64,000 bases of DNA from Camelus ferus (GCF_009834535.1 NC_045696.1:16990001-17054000), one strand, 5' to 3'; positions 38,779 through 52,519 are shown, numbered from the stretch's first letter. The notes: generated from the sequence alone by a model not told the origin. Numbers and translations: made by a program.

Positions 38779-39589
38779 GTATGAAAAGTAAGATGAAATT
38801 AATTTCAACTGAAAGAAACAGAAACTAAATGTTAGAAAGAGATAAATGTGTATCAATAGTTTGCTGTCATTGATTGAATCAGGAAAGTAGAGAAGGAAGA
38901 GATGGTGGACTTACAGGAGGACTTAATCGAATAAGCAAAATATGTGGCCACACACAATGGTATTTCCTGAGTATGAGAATTTGTGAGTGGCTACTAGACA
39001 TCAGGTACTGTTCACATTCCTAGGATTGGATATGTAATTACATGAATCAATGAAAGACTTTAAATTATGCATTTATTTAAATTATCATGCATTTTTATTA
39101 ACATGAAAAAAAATACCTTGAAGGTAACCAGTATTTCCCTTTTAACCCTATTTAAAGAGGAATTTTGAATATTAACTTTTAAGAAGGAACACTGTCAAGA
39201 GATAGTTTGGCACGTACACATATGATTAAAAACGTCTATTAAGCTTATAAGATAAGCTTTATGATAAATAATCTCACTAAATATAATACAGACACAGAAC
39301 CAATTTTGATGCTGAATTGAGAATATAAACAAACCAGCTCAATAAATGTATGTAAATTAAGCCTAGAGGGGGCACACAGAAGTCACTCAAAAGGTAAGGA
39401 AAGTTAGGAATGGAGATATTTTAGGGAGGGTAGAGAATTTGAGGTTGACATATAATTATTTTGAATTATTTGAAAATATTTTTCTATTATCATTTGGCTT
39501 CTATTGTTATTGTTGAAGTGTTAGGTGTAAGCCCTTATATTGTTACGTTGCAGGTAAAATTCCTCTTACGTCCCCATCCCTTGTCTTCT

Positions 39590-40680
39590 ACGCCAATCTC
39601 TGGCTGTTTTTAAGCTTTTCTCTGTATCTTTGGTTTTCAACAGCTGTGCAATGTTGTCTTGTTGTTTTGTTTTGTTTTGAAGTCTGGTGTCCTTTTAATT
39701 TCTTAGAATTTATTGCATTTCTTTAATTTATGGCTTTATATTATTTCCAGTTTTTGATAATTCTCAGACATAACCTCTTCAATTGTTGCTTCCTAATAAT
39801 TCTCTCTCACCTCTTCTTCTTTAATTAAATATATGTTAGGGTTTTTCATCATATTACATGTGCTCTTTTCACTCTATTCTACATTCTCCTTCCTTTTAAC
39901 TCTTGTGCTTTTCTCTAGATATGTACTGCTGACATACCTTTCTGCTCATTAACTTTCTCTTCACCTGTGTCTCATCTGCTGTTAAACATATACATTGAGT
40001 TTTCATGTCCAATTTCTTTTTTGGTTCTTGAATAAACATTGGTTTATTTTTATAAACATATTTTTCAAAATCTATACTTAATATCTGTTTCCTTTAATTC
40101 TGTGTTTCTTAACGGTTTGCAATATTTGCTGATCTTCTGGTATGTCTGATAACTTCTGATTCAGTGCTTGTTTCTATGTGAAAAGTACAGGAAAATTGAG
40201 ACTAAAAGTAATGTTTATTTTTATCAAGAAATATATACTTTTGTTACAAAGAGACAGCAAGTTCAAAGGCACTAGCAATCTCCCATTTATGTTAATTTAA
40301 TCAGGGGTTGAGTTCTTTCCTAGGAGGACCTTATGAGTAAACTGATCTACATCAAGTTCACCTTTATTTATAGTTTGCATGGGGCAGGGACTCGACTGAT
40401 ATTCGGTGATGCTTACAAGAATAAAGTATTTTTTTCTGTCTTTAACTTCATTGTGTTATGTCCCCAGTATTGCATATCTGCTTAAAGCTCTGCTTAGCTT
40501 CTCAACCTCTTGTTCATCTCTTGAAATTGACAGTTTTTTAAGAGAAGTGGCCCTAAATTCCAGGACCACTTCTATGGAATTATCACTTCTCCTATATCCT
40601 AGCTTTAGAAATCCTTTCAGCCTAGGTGGTGATTTAATGCCTCAGTCTTTACATGCATTTATTTCAAAACATCAAAATGA
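39590..40680 (-). mobile_element. Ancient L1M/HAL1-like fragment
   Basis: T-rich block with TTTTCTCTGTATCTTTGGTTTTCAACAG and TCTCTTCACCTGTGTCTCATCTGCTGTTAAAC, typical of reverse L1ME/HAL1 ORF1 regions. Confidence 0.55.
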
Positions 40681-41709
40681 AAATAAACAAATAAAATTAT
40701 TATTTTATGATTGCTGAGTCACACACACACCATTTTTGAATATGTATTCATCTCTATGGATCATAAAGAAGTATATTTTCTTTGCCATGGATGTGTTCAC
40801 ATCAGAATAGGCACAAACACACACACAAACACACATGCACAAACACAACTATAATATAATTATCTAATTATTATTATATAATAATATATATATTTTTTGC
40901 GTTATCTCAATTTTCATATGGGCAATATAATATTTTGTGTGTCATGCAGGTATATGAAATGAAATTCTTTCATTTCTCCAATTTTACTCTTTTTCTTAAA
41001 CATGACATTTATAAAGTCATTTACAGCTATACAATGTAACCTCGCTCCCTTGAATGATTCTGTAGATGAAATATATAGTTGTATATATTATATAAAATAT
41101 AATAGTAAATGAAACTGTTATAAATAAATCTTCTAGCATGTCTTAGACATAGCTAGACTTTTTTTCAAGATCCACTTCAAGTTTTATTTTCTCAAAATGA
41201 CCTTTTCCAGTTTTTGAATCATTTTATGTATTTGTTTAAATTCTTTTGGTTCTTATTATCACACAATTATTTGTTCTATAATTTGCTTTACATTAGTTAT
41301 TTTCTCTTAGCTACATCAAGAGACATTTGGATCCATGAACCATGACTTAATGTTATAATTATCCCTTCAGATCCTAGAACAGCGTTGACTAATACTAAGA
41401 TGAGTTTAATTATCACTTGTTGGTTGTTGATGGATAATATTATCGTACAGCTTCATAATAACCTGTCAGGAATTTTACATTTTACTACCTACATACAATA
41501 GTTTTATATTAAGCTATTGTGCCTTTATTTAAAAAAAAATTCTTCTTTGATCTGTTACCTTTTATATATACCTACTCAATAGCATTTCATGCTCGTTTTC
41601 AAGCATGGGTTCTGGGTTCACAAGTTGATGTGGCGTTCTATACTGCCAAGGTTAAATATCTTGCGGTGTTCTCCATTTATAAGGAAACCTAGAGTAGTCT
41701 ATTACCTTG

Positions 41710-42945
41710 TATTAATTCATTAATTTAGCAAACATATTGACAACTTATCTTGTGCCAGGTGCTTTTTCAAAGCACTTGCTTACATCTGTGAATGAGACAA
41801 AAAGGCCTGCCTTTGTGGAGCTCCTATTCTAGTTGAAGAAAGGAGACATTTAAAAATTAACATGAAAAGAGTAAATTATTTTGAATGCTATAGAACAATA
41901 TAACTGGGTAAGTAGGGTCCGTGTGGAGAATGTATGATAAAGAAATTTTAAAAAAAGAAGGTCAAGGTGAAAGCACACTGAAAAGCTGTATTAATTTCCA
42001 AGGGTTCCTGGAACCAAGTGCCACAAACATGGTGGCTCAAATAAAAGAGATTTACTGTCTCACACTTCTGGAGACTAGAAGTATATATAACTCAGACACT
42101 AGAAGAGTTGGCAGGGCTGATTTCTTCTGAGGGTTGTAAGGGAGATTCTGTTCAGTGCTTTTCCCTTGGCTTATGATGGTTCCTGGCAATCTTTGGTATT
42201 CCTTAGCTTGGAGATGCATCCTTCTGATCTCTGCCCTCATAGGGTGTTCTCCCTGTATCTTCCCACAGACTCTTCCCTCTGGCGTGTCTGTCTCTAAACT
42301 TCCCCTTTTATAAGGATGTCAGTCATATTGCATCAGGGGACCTCATCTTAACTAGTTCTGTCTGCCCTGACTCCTTCTAAATATGGTAGCATTCTGAGGT
42401 ATTAGAAACTAGGACTTAATGTAAATTTTGAGTGGAACACAATCCAACCCATAAAAGAAGCTGACTTTTGAGCAATGACTCAGATGAAGTGGAGTTAGCC
42501 ATGAAGATAAATGGGAATAGAGCTTTTTCTCCAGAGGAAGAATTTAGTATAGTGACCCCACGGTGGAACAGTACCTGGTGCTCTCTAGAAACACCATGGA
42601 AGCCAACGTGTAGAGTAAGGGAATGGGGGGCCTGCAAGGAGGTGAGCTTAGAGAAGAGACCCCGAGTCAGATGTGCAGGACCTGACAAGCCATGGGAGAG
42701 TGTTTTTGTTTGCTCAGAGTGAAGTGAAGCTTTTCAGCTGAGGAGTAACAGGATCTGACTTAGGTTTAACATCACTTTTTGTTAGCACTACTTGGGAGGG
42801 CAAGATAGGAAACCAGGAAACCAGTTGAAAGGCCACAGTATTAATCCAGGTAAGAGATGATGGTGACTTGGAACAGATGTGTAATGCAGACAGGTGGCTC
42901 CATTCTGGATACGTTTTGAAATCAACAAGATTCAACGGTATGTCC
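41710..42945 (-). mobile_element. LINE-2 fragment interrupted by an MLT1 LTR
   Basis: ATTCATTAATTTAGCAAACATATTGA...TGTGCCAGG...CCTGCCTTTGTGGAGCTC; L2 resumes after 42456 with TGACTTTTGAGCA...AATCCAGGTAAGAGATGATGGTGACTTGGA. Confidence 0.8.
41987..42456 (-). mobile_element. MaLR solo LTR (MLT1C-like)
   Basis: TGTATTAATTTCC...CCACAAACATGGTGGCT...TTCTGGAGACTAGAAG...ACACAATCCAACCCATA; 5-bp TSD AAAGC/GAAGC. Confidence 0.88.
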
Positions 42946-42946
42946 A

Positions 42947-43430
42947 TGTGTGGCTGAACCACACTGACGCCATTTTGCCAGCTCCGTCTTAAACCCATGG
43001 TCCTACCTCCCCTTTCTGCCTAGCCTACTTACAAAAAATGCTCCCAAGCCAGGTAAGTTCCCTATCAACTTTTATCTTTGCCTTCATCTGATATGCAAAC
43101 TGGAAGACAACTTTTTCCTGACACAGATGGCTAATGGCTCACCAGGAAGAATGGTCATGAGACCCCCCCCCCCCAGTGGGAGGAAAAACACCTGGTTCCC
43201 TGGTTTCCGACAATGTGGATGTGCTTCTCCCTGAGTAGTCAGATCTATTTTTTTAGCTTTGGCCTCTTTAAATCCCCCTGTTCCCCTTTGGTTTCAAAAT
43301 GAGCTGCAAATGCCTTTGGATTGTCCTCCACCTGATCCTGCCTGTATGTAAGTTACAGTAAACTTCATAATTGCACTTTATAGAATTGCCTCCTTCATTT
43401 TTCCATCTGAAAATTCCTTCCTAGTTTAGA
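42947..43430 (+). mobile_element. Probable ERV1-class solo LTR, family uncertain
   Basis: TG start right where the L2 ends, early CGCCATTTT, TTTAAA (TATA-like) and AGTAAA (poly(A)-like) in LTR order; no clean TSD. Confidence 0.5.
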
Positions 43431-44593
43431 GGATATTATTCAATATCTCTACCATCCAACAGTTCAACTGCATGTACGTAGGGGTTTGAAACAAAATTAA
43501 GAAGCAACAATGATTTCTGAAATTTTGGAACAGAATTTCTCTCCCAGGAGATGTCTTTTAAATTTTTCTTTAATATTAAAAATATATATATATTGGTTAC
43601 TGATACAAATGCATTCACTTTTCACCCCTAAATTCTCCCTATGCAAATAAAGTATGCAAGGACATTTATTTGAAATAGAAGCAGTCTTTAACACCAATTT
43701 TCTTTCATGGCACGTCAGTTTATCTGCAGACAGGATCTTCTCTCCATTCGTATAAGATTCTGCAAGTTCAATAAAACAAAGTATTTCTCATTGCTTTATT
43801 TCTCTGTTGCATATTATAGGATACTTTGTACAAATCTCTCAATATAAAAATAAATTGAATTGAGTTGGTTATAGCCTTTACCACAGAGGATAATCGTGAC
43901 TGAAATGACAATCAGCAGGTAATTATGTTTGCATCCTTTTTTTCAAAATAGATTTTACTCTGGGAACTATGAATATACAAACTAGCATGATAGTTCACAT
44001 CTCTATTATTACTTTTACTTTTTATTACCTTTACTTTGGCTTTAAATAAAATTATTCTTTGTCAATATTAATAAAAATTAAGATTTATTTTTAATGTAAA
44101 CTATTACTTAAAATAGTTCTCTAATAATCTTTTCATATGAATAGAATAACTTTGGATGTAAAGGTTGAAAAGGATTAAATGGACAAATATTAAAATAATC
44201 ACCTTGCATTTGGACAGTTCTCTAGGGCTGCTATCACAACGTCACTGCCCTCAGAAGACACATGGTTTTATGTGATTCCCTGGCTGAACCCTCAGTTATG
44301 AGGGTCATCACGACAGAAACACTGAGGCTGAGAGAGAGCAGACAGCCTGCTGGATACCTAGTAATGAAGCAAGAAGGAGCCCTCCCCACAAACACACATC
44401 TTCACATTCACAGACTGGTAAAAATCTAGAGTGAGTCCATTTAAAAATTTAAAAATATGTACCTCTTATACAAGTGTATATACATATATATGCATAGGCC
44501 TCTGCACAAACACAAAATACCTACATAGCAAGTTTGTATCTCAGAATAAATTTGCCTCAAGTTTGCATTCAGGCATATATGCACACATATGAA

Positions 44594-44594
44594 G

Positions 44595-44625
<31 letters not shown>

Positions 44626-44648
44626 TATACGTACATACATATATACAT
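44594..44648. repeat. (TA)n(CA)n compound microsatellite
   Basis: Direct reading of the sequence. Confidence 0.85.
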
Positions 44649-44829
44649 AAGAGGTACAGTGACGTTATAGTGATGAAGAATAAACATTGCATGTAATTAT
44701 TCTAAGAAATAGAATAATTTTATTCATAAAAAACAAAAACTTTAATGCCAGCATTAAAGGAAAATAATAGAAATGTGTGTTTTGTTTGTTTTTTACCCGA
44801 GAATAACATTTTGAGGCTGGTTAAATTGA

Positions 44830-46670
44830 AAACGAGATTATAAAACTATAGCGGTATTTAAGAGACATTTACAACAGCCAGTGTCAAGGTGTCGCTCAGA
44901 CGTGCCTGTGCGTATGTCAGGCGCACGTATGTGCTAGAGAGCAGGTAAGAATTCCCTAAGTACACCTGGCGATAGCCCAAGCACAAGATAATTAGACAAG
45001 AGTAACCTGTGAATTCTACATATGTGAATTCTACTATGATGGCATGGCCAGAACGTATGCAGGAATACATACTTGTGCACACATTCATTCATTGATAACT
45101 ACAGGATGTAAGACTTAGCTTGAGATAAAATGAGTAGGAAATTTATTATTGTTTTAGTGCTGTGTGTTTCAACACACTTCTAGATTGCCTGCAGTAAGTT
45201 TATCATCAAAGAGAGAGAACATCAGAACTGAGACATGAAGATAGTTGCTTTCCAGAGGGTTTGACCTCGGGATCTCTAAAATTAGGAAAATAGAAAGATG
45301 AAGCGTTTTTCCTCCTCCTCAGAAACCTGTTTAATGGAAACTTAGGTCTGCTCTTTTTACCGTCAGGCTGAAGAGTTTTTCTGTTTTACTCTTCTGAATG
45401 GTTTGCTCTGTAAATAAAAACTGAATTTAATTATAAAAAGAAATTTAATTACCAGTGTTGCCTGAGGATAAACATATCTGACTCCCGGTCTTCCGCAATT
45501 CACCTCGGCACTACTCATTGAATAATTAGTAACATTGATTTTGTCACAAATTCCACCTCCTCCGTGTGAAAATTAATTCCTTTTATGAGGGAGCTGACAT
45601 AAGATAGCGCAGCTGTCGTAAAGGTTCTAGGTTGTGTTGTTGGCCAATATGTTTCACTCAGGGACTCACTGGGACGCGCTGTATCGAGGGTCATGCTCCT
45701 GTCTGCGGTTCCGCCGAGTGGCAGCCAGGAGGAAGGATTTCAGGCGGCAGGGCTGGGGCTTCTTCCTGCTGCTAAGTTGAATAATTGCTGCAGGAGCACT
45801 TTTAATGAATCTCTCAAAATGTTCATCTTAATTCTGTCTCCAGCAGTCAGAGAATTCTGAACATGCCTCTGACATCAATTTCTCCATGGCTAAAATGAGA
45901 GTATGGAAAAAACACCAGTTGACTATCGAGTCTGTCAGTTTTTCTCCTGTAATTTTTTTCCCTAGGGTATTTAATTTTCAAACATCTTTTATATTTCAGA
46001 ATAAGAGACATATTTTATATTTTCATGTGACTTTAATGCTTTGGTTTATTTTTATTTTATTTATTTTTATTTTTTGATTTTTTTAAAATGATTTTTAATA
46101 TCTGAGTGACTTTTCCAGTTCTGATTAGATTATCATGTTTTCCTTTTTGTTTTTTCAATTTATTTTTTGTTTAAATTGAAGTATAGTTGGTTTACAATGT
46201 TGTGTTAATTTCTAGTGGTTCAGTGATACATACATAATATATTCCTTTTCATATTTTATTCATTATAGGCTATTACAAGATATTGAATAGTTCCCTGTGC
46301 TATATAGTAGGACCTTATTGTTTATCTATTTTATATACAGTAGTTAGTATCTTTAGATTTTTAACTCTCAATTTATTCCTCCACCCTCCTCTTCTTCTCC
46401 TGGTTAAAAAAAACATATATATATATATATTCACAGACATAGAAAAACTTATTTTTCTTTTAGGATATTAACTCTACATGGAATTAAATGTTTTGTGGGG
46501 TGTAAGGTTAGACCATAAATTGATATTATTTTCAATGGTACTTAAAGTTGATCCTGCGCCAGGTAGTGAGAAGTACTCTGTTCCTGCACAGATCCCTGGG
46601 GCGCTGCACATCGGAGCCCCCCACTTTCGCTTACGTTGCTCTTAGTTAAATTAACATGCACCCCCGAGAC
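44830..46670. promoter_or_regulatory. CpG-enriched candidate enhancer or weak promoter domain
   Basis: Three CpG clusters (about 9 in 44830-45060, 13 in 45480-45750, 6 in 46555-46665) against a strongly CpG-depleted background; the clusters themselves are not in recognisable repeats. Confidence 0.4.
46165..46405 (-). mobile_element. Short LINE-1 3' end (cetartiodactyl type)
   Basis: TTGAAGTATAGTTGGTTTACAATGTTGTGTTAATTTC...GAATAGTTCCCTGTGCTAT, homologous to 6005-6245. Confidence 0.88.
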
Positions 46671-47193
46671 TTAATTTTACAGTAACTGAGTACATAGGAG
46701 CACATTTGACCTTCTGTTCTGGTCAGATGCTAGGCATGCCACCAGCATCTGGACTTGGAAACAGGGCTCTGGGTGGTCTCTCTCATTAGGCCAGTCAGTT
46801 CACTTCTTATCTGGCATTAATAACCACAGTTGTGACCCACAGACTCTGGCAGAGGTCAGCTTGATAATCTGCCATGTTATGAAGTTCTTCTTTCCCTTAA
46901 AATTATAAATATGTGGCTCAGTTTTACATTCACAGGTTTTGTAAGTCTCTGATTTTTTTTTTTTTAAAGATCAGGAGCTTTTTTGAAAAAGGTCAGGAGC
47001 TCTGAATTCTCTGAGATGTCCTCAGTGATCTCTGCAAGGATTATTCAACTGGTAATATGCCTTCTCTATCTTTTTCTGCACAACGCTTTCATTCCTAGAC
47101 TGATTAGGAGGGTCACTCTGCTATCAGCTCAAATTTGCCCCAAATCTATGGGGGTAGTCACACCTTACCAATATGACCAAATGAGTTACATTC

Positions 47194-47761
47194 TGTTAAA
47201 AGTTTAGGTTAAGGAGACTGTCCTGTGATATACATTTGAAACATGTAAAACAAGAGACCAGAGCTCTGATACTAGGCAGCGTAAGGAGATTGATATGCCA
47301 TGTGATGGAAGAAATTGTCACATATTGAGGTATGAGGAAGTCATTCTGGCTTATACACAAGTAACCTTGAATTTTATGCTAACTCAAACAGCCTGTTTGT
47401 GGTCTATCAAACATGCATGGTACATCTGCTTCAATTATTAAAGAGAAGGGCACATTGAGCCTAGGACACAGCGCTGGTACTCCTTCGATAATAAGACTCC
47501 CTTCCCGGGTGCCAAGGCCATACTGACGTGCTGTGCACATGCTGATCTTTTTTTTTTTTCTTCTTTTTTTAAACCTTGAAGGAATGTATCCCTGACTTGT
47601 TTGATGTTCTTTGTTCTGACAAGATATAAAACTATGCTTCTCTGGGGCACTTTCTTAGGGTTATCCGAGAGGTTGTCTTCCAGGCTGTAGTTTCAGTTTG
47701 GCTCAAATAAAACTCTTTTCTATTTCTCCTATAGATTGTTTATAGATTAAATTTGTCAACA
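47194..47761 (+). mobile_element. ERV1 solo LTR (MER41-like U5)
   Basis: TGTT...AACA termini, GATATAAAA (TATA) at about 47623, GGCTCAAATAAAAC at about 47700; 5' boundary approximate. Confidence 0.75.
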
Positions 47762-48829
47762 CATGTAAATTCGACTCCATTGTGGATTTGAATGATGGAG
47801 TATTTATAGTCAAATGAGATTTTTTAAAAGCTGTATGTGTTTGTACAAGCATCCTAAGCCTTCAGACAAAACTGTCTGATGAACGGTAGTTTGGAAAATG
47901 CTTTTTGAATTATATCGTCTCCTACTTGAAAATTTTAGAGTTTAAACTCTGGCATGTCAAGGAGAGAGAACACAAAAGAGAGGCCAGAGGTTGTTGACAC
48001 AACCAGCAGAATGATGGAGGGCATCTGCTTCATCCACCCAGTTACAAGAAGCAAAAGGGGAAGTACTGACATAGCCAATGGCAAAGAGAGCCAAGCAGAA
48101 GGCACAGGGCCACAAAGCAAGCCTTTTCAAAACCGCTTATTCTGTGGAAAGCATCAGTTCAAGAGTCTTTATGCTCTTGGAAGCTGGAAGTGAGAGAGGA
48201 TGAGTACAGATTAGCACACTGTGTTTAGAGCTTTGTGAGGCCATTCAGTGTTGAATGTCTTCCAATAATACTCTAATAGCTAATTGGTCATTAGCCTCCT
48301 CTCCCCACTTGGGAAAACCCAAGTAAGACAGTGGAAACAGAGACAGCACTATCTCCCCTACTTAAAGCAAACTTTCCTACAGACTCTAGTGGAATCTTCA
48401 ATTAGGTGAAGTTAATGTTCTCAATGTTGTTGTCTGTCATATCCTTCTCCTCATCTATGTTCTTAATATTTTATATCACCACTCACTTCTTCAGATAACT
48501 CTACACAGGAAACATACTTAGGTTCAGCTTTTATCCATAGTTCAAGAAACAGGACATTTCTATTCAGTCTTACATGTTAGCCCCAATTTCAGTTTGCTTC
48601 AGGAAAGTTGAAAGACTTGACTGCTAGAGAGTACCTGTGTCAAAGGAAAAGTTACATGCTGAGTTAAGTCGAGTGGACAGTGGAAATAAATTTGACTTAA
48701 AAAATGAAATATTTGATTAGATAGCATTGAAACAGGAAATTCAGACATTTAGTTATTTTCAAAGAGATGGTTAAATTTTCTTACAAGGAAACATTGAAAT
48801 AAAACAGTCTAATCTAGAAGTTATATTAC

Positions 48830-49515
48830 ATAGGCTATTTTGTTTGCAGATAAATACTTACTAAAACTGAATTAAGCCAAAAGGGAAATTTATACTAGAT
48901 TTTAGAATTCAAGGAGGAATTTAGCAACAAAATGTCAGAAAGAGGAATGATGCAGGTGAGTAATAAGGAAAATGGCAACTGGGTACTGACATGATGATGG
49001 TAGAGAAAACTCATATTAGGTAATTGGTGGATGAATAACTGAATGAATGAAGATGCAATCACTTGCCAAAGTGCAAGTCAGAAATCGCTCAATATCTGGC
49101 CATATTTCCCTCAGAACATTTGCTTCCTTTCATCCCAGTACACAGTAGCTTTCACTACAAGGCAGGCAACAGGGTCATGTGGTTGGTCATAGGTGGTGCT
49201 CAAGTTTTACAATTCACGGTTTATACCATCAAAGAAAGACGATCACAGTGTCCCCTCTGCCGCCAAACCAGGGAAAGGATGGGTTAGCGTCACATGGATT
49301 AGATATTCATCTCTGACAAATTAACTGTACGAAGGAGGTAGTGGTGTAATTTGGATTGGTTGCGTATTATAAGAGCAATTGTGTTCAGTCCCTTAACAAC
49401 ATGTCAGCTCCCACGGTGGTAGTGAGGCTGAAGGATGGAGTGGAAACTGGGAGGTAGTTCCCAGTGTTAAAGAGAAGGGGTTCTGGAAGATAGTCTTAAA
49501 AGGTGCCCATTACAA
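48830..49515 (-). mobile_element. Ancient MaLR/ERVL LTR remnant (family uncertain)
   Basis: TTTGTTTGCAGATAAATAC...AACTGAATTAAGCCAAAAGGGAAATTTAT resembles reverse termini of old MLT1/LTR33-type LTRs. Confidence 0.35.
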
Positions 49516-51252
49516 TTGGATTATAAGAAGTAAACTACAGACATATATTATTGTACAATAAACTGTGATCGTCAGGAAGTTACTTCATATGTCAGATGTG
49601 ATCCGGCTTTGGTTCTCCCAGTTTATAGCAACACGGATTCTTAAGTCTATGTCATGGTTCCTATTGTTTTATTAAAATGGCCAACATAAATACTAGGTAT
49701 TAGATAATAAATGTCTCTCCATATTTTGGAGCCATGAGTAACTGTCAACTCTAACAGGGCTTCCAACTTTCCTAGATAGAGTAAGTTGCAGCTAGAAAAT
49801 CTAATTGTGTGTGTGTATGTGTGTCTAATTAGAGTGTGAGAATGGCCAGAGCATCCCATCCACTTCAGTGATTCATTCTAGAGGGCCTGTTTAGCCTCAG
49901 ACTTCCGAAATAGACCCAGATATTTTCTAAGTGTGGACAGGGGGCTTAAGGATTCCTTCTTTTTATGATGTTTCTCTCTATTGCTTAAAAAGCATGGAAT
50001 AAGAAACAGTGCTTCATTTAGAGAATCAGAGTATTGCCAAGCTTTGCTATATTGTACCACCTTCATTCATTTATTGATTCATCAACTACTTAATGTGAGC
50101 TTTCATCGTGCAACACTTAACATCTAATATAAATTAAATTAAATATTGAAATTAAAGACTCTTTTGTGCAATAACATTGAAATACATTAATTGTTATAAA
50201 ATGATCTCCAAGTTTTATGTTTACATAAATTATTCAAAGATAATTTAAAACTGTCTACCATTTTAAATCTGTTCTTTAATATTGTACAGATAACTAAGTC
50301 GTGTAACCAGAATTTAAACCTTGGAATGTAGAGAGTGGGTCTTCTAAATCAATGACCTTTTCAAACTCTGTGCCAATGGTTATTCTCAAATGCTCATTTG
50401 GAAGGCAGGGACATGTTTTCTTTCCTGTGGGCTGATTTAAGTTCCACATTCTCAGAATCAAGAGCTGTTCTTTAGAAGCAATGACAGAAAGCCCTCTCAC
50501 CCACAGCATCTCAGATCCACAGGGTGCATTTGCTGTTTGCTTATGGTGAGGAAGGAGAGAGAATTTTAGCATTCACAAGGCATAGGGTACAGAGGTTCAT
50601 GTGTTTTGTTTACTTGCCAGTTGATAGGGGCTTAAGAATATTGATGTACGGCTTGTTACAATATTAAAGGTAGCTAATTATTATTATCAGTGATAGTCAT
50701 TGTTACGATGCTGAGACAAGGGTTTTATTAAAAGCAAATTTTAAAACAGCTTCTGCAATGTATTGAAACTGCTGAGTCAATATTAGAAGATTATAACATC
50801 ACAATGCGACTAAAACACTCTCATTTTAATCAATTCTAAATTCGAAATTAGGTTATGTAAACCTACGTGAACCTCTTCTGATGTACTTTTCAAGTCTTTG
50901 ATTTGCATTCTTATTTTGCAGCTAACTTTATTCTTCCCTTGCTTCCAGTGGTACTCTCAGCATAAATATTTTGTTCTATTTTTTTCTGTTCTGGTGAGAA
51001 AGTTTCCAGATGGCTTCTTCAATCATTGTTAGCTCATTAAGGAACTAATCTTTCAATAATAACAACTGTTGCCCTCCATGAATAATTGGAGATGTGTGTG
51101 GGTGTCAAGTTAGCTATACTAATGAAAGAGCTTAGATATTTCAGACAACTGGGAGATGGAGTTTACTTAATCAGACCCTTGGTGGTGTCATGATTGAAAA
51201 GGAATGCTGTCTGGTGCCTGGAGGTTTGGCTTCAGGTCTACAACATTTTAAA

Positions 51253-51473
51253 CAGGAATTCCTCAACCTCAGTGCTGTTGACAGATTGGTCTAGATTAAC
51301 TGTTTGCTTTGGAGCGCTGTATTGTGTATTACATAGTTAATAACATCCTTGGTTGGTCTCCACCCACTAGAGCCAGTGGCAAACCCTTGCCCCAGTTGTG
51401 ACAACCAAAGGGTTTCCAGACATTCACGTATTATTTCCTGAAGGAGCAAAAGCATCCATGGTTGAGAACCACT
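51253..51473 (+). mobile_element. MER20 hAT MITE
   Basis: CCTCAACCTCAGTGCTGTTGACA...CCCACTAGAGCCAGTGGC...CCAGTTGTGACAACCAAA...TCCAGACATT...GGTTGAGAACCACT. Confidence 0.88.
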
Positions 51474-51944
51474 AGATTACATCAAGTTGATTCAAGGCAC
51501 CTGGTGGTGACCCATGACTTGTGGGATGGCAACATGGGACACAGAACAAGCAGGCACCAAAATGTGTGTTTCAGGAAACACTCTAACTGTATAAGTGCTG
51601 ACAGAATATCATCAGTCTCCCTCAGATAGTCATAGTGACCAAGGCTCTGGACCAGCAGTAGACCAGTTGTCAAAACTTGTGCTATGTGGCAAAGAAAAAC
51701 AAAGGTAACACTGCTCAAACTCCAGACTCTACACAACAGGAGCCTGGATGTCAGCCTACATGTCACCCTGTGGTGATACATAGTTTCAAGCAGTTGACAG
51801 GTTACTATTGATCCGTAGCTGTAAATTCCTCTTTGACTGGATAAGTGTCCACGTCTTTTTAAGAAAATTATCAAGAGTACAGATAAGACCTAAGTTCTTT
51901 CTCTCTTCTTCTCTATTCATAGTATTGGATTCACCCTTAACCCA

Positions 51945-52020
51945 ATAGCTGATATTTATTGAGTACTTATGATATGTCAGGCTCTGTGAAGAAAAAATTT
52001 ACATGTACTAATTCATTATA
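51945..52020 (-). mobile_element. MIR 3' fragment
   Basis: AATAGCTGATATTTATTGAGTACTTATGATATGTCAGGC. Confidence 0.55.
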
Positions 52021-52121
52021 TTGGTTTTGTAATGGATTCTAGGTAATCAAGATACAGCATCAGGCAACCAGAAACAAAAGTTTGCGAATTAGCCTTAAAT
52101 GAGATGTTTATAAATGAGTAT

Positions 52122-52519
52122 TGTATTAGCCAGTTCCGGGATCCTGCTTTAACAGAATACCAGAGACTGGGTGGCTTAAACAACAGACATTTATTTCTCA
52201 TGGTTCTGGGGGCTGAAGTCTGAGATCAGCCTCACGGTCAGCATGCTGAGAGGCCTGCACGGTCAGATTTGTGGGGAGGAGCTTCTTCCTGGTTTACAGG
52301 TCGCTGCCTCCTTGCTGATTCCTCACATGGAGAGAGAGCGAGCAAGCTCTGGTCTCTTCATCTTATAAACGTACCAAACCCATAATGGGGGCTCCTCCCT
52401 AAGGACCTCATCTAAACCTCATTACCTCCCAAAACCCACCACCTCTACATACCATCATGTAAGGGATCAGGGCTTCAATATATGGATTTTGGGAAGACCC
52501 AAACATTTAGTCCAAAGTA
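52122..52519 (-). mobile_element. MaLR solo LTR (MLT1A-like)
   Basis: TGTATTAG...AGACTGGGTGGCTTAAACAACAGACATTTATTTCTCA...ACCTCATCTAAACC...TTACCTCCCAAA...AAACATTTAGTCC. Confidence 0.9.

Noticed and set aside
16356..47761. MER41-like LTRs as interferon-responsive (GAS) enhancers, or as paired ends of one provirus
   Set aside because: I found no TTCNNNGAA in the three copies by eye. They differ in U3, orientation and flanks, so they are independent solo LTRs.
50294..50572. ORF containing HLRITIGT, reminiscent of the C-terminal motif of HisC-type aminotransferases
   Set aside because: Isolated 7-8 residue match with no PLP-lysine motif or other similarity; best explained by chance.
51482..51874. 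Longest ORF (130 aa) and a CTCF-like CCACCAGGTGCC on the minus strand
   Set aside because: TTG start and no recognisable homology; the motif lacks the conserved GGC.
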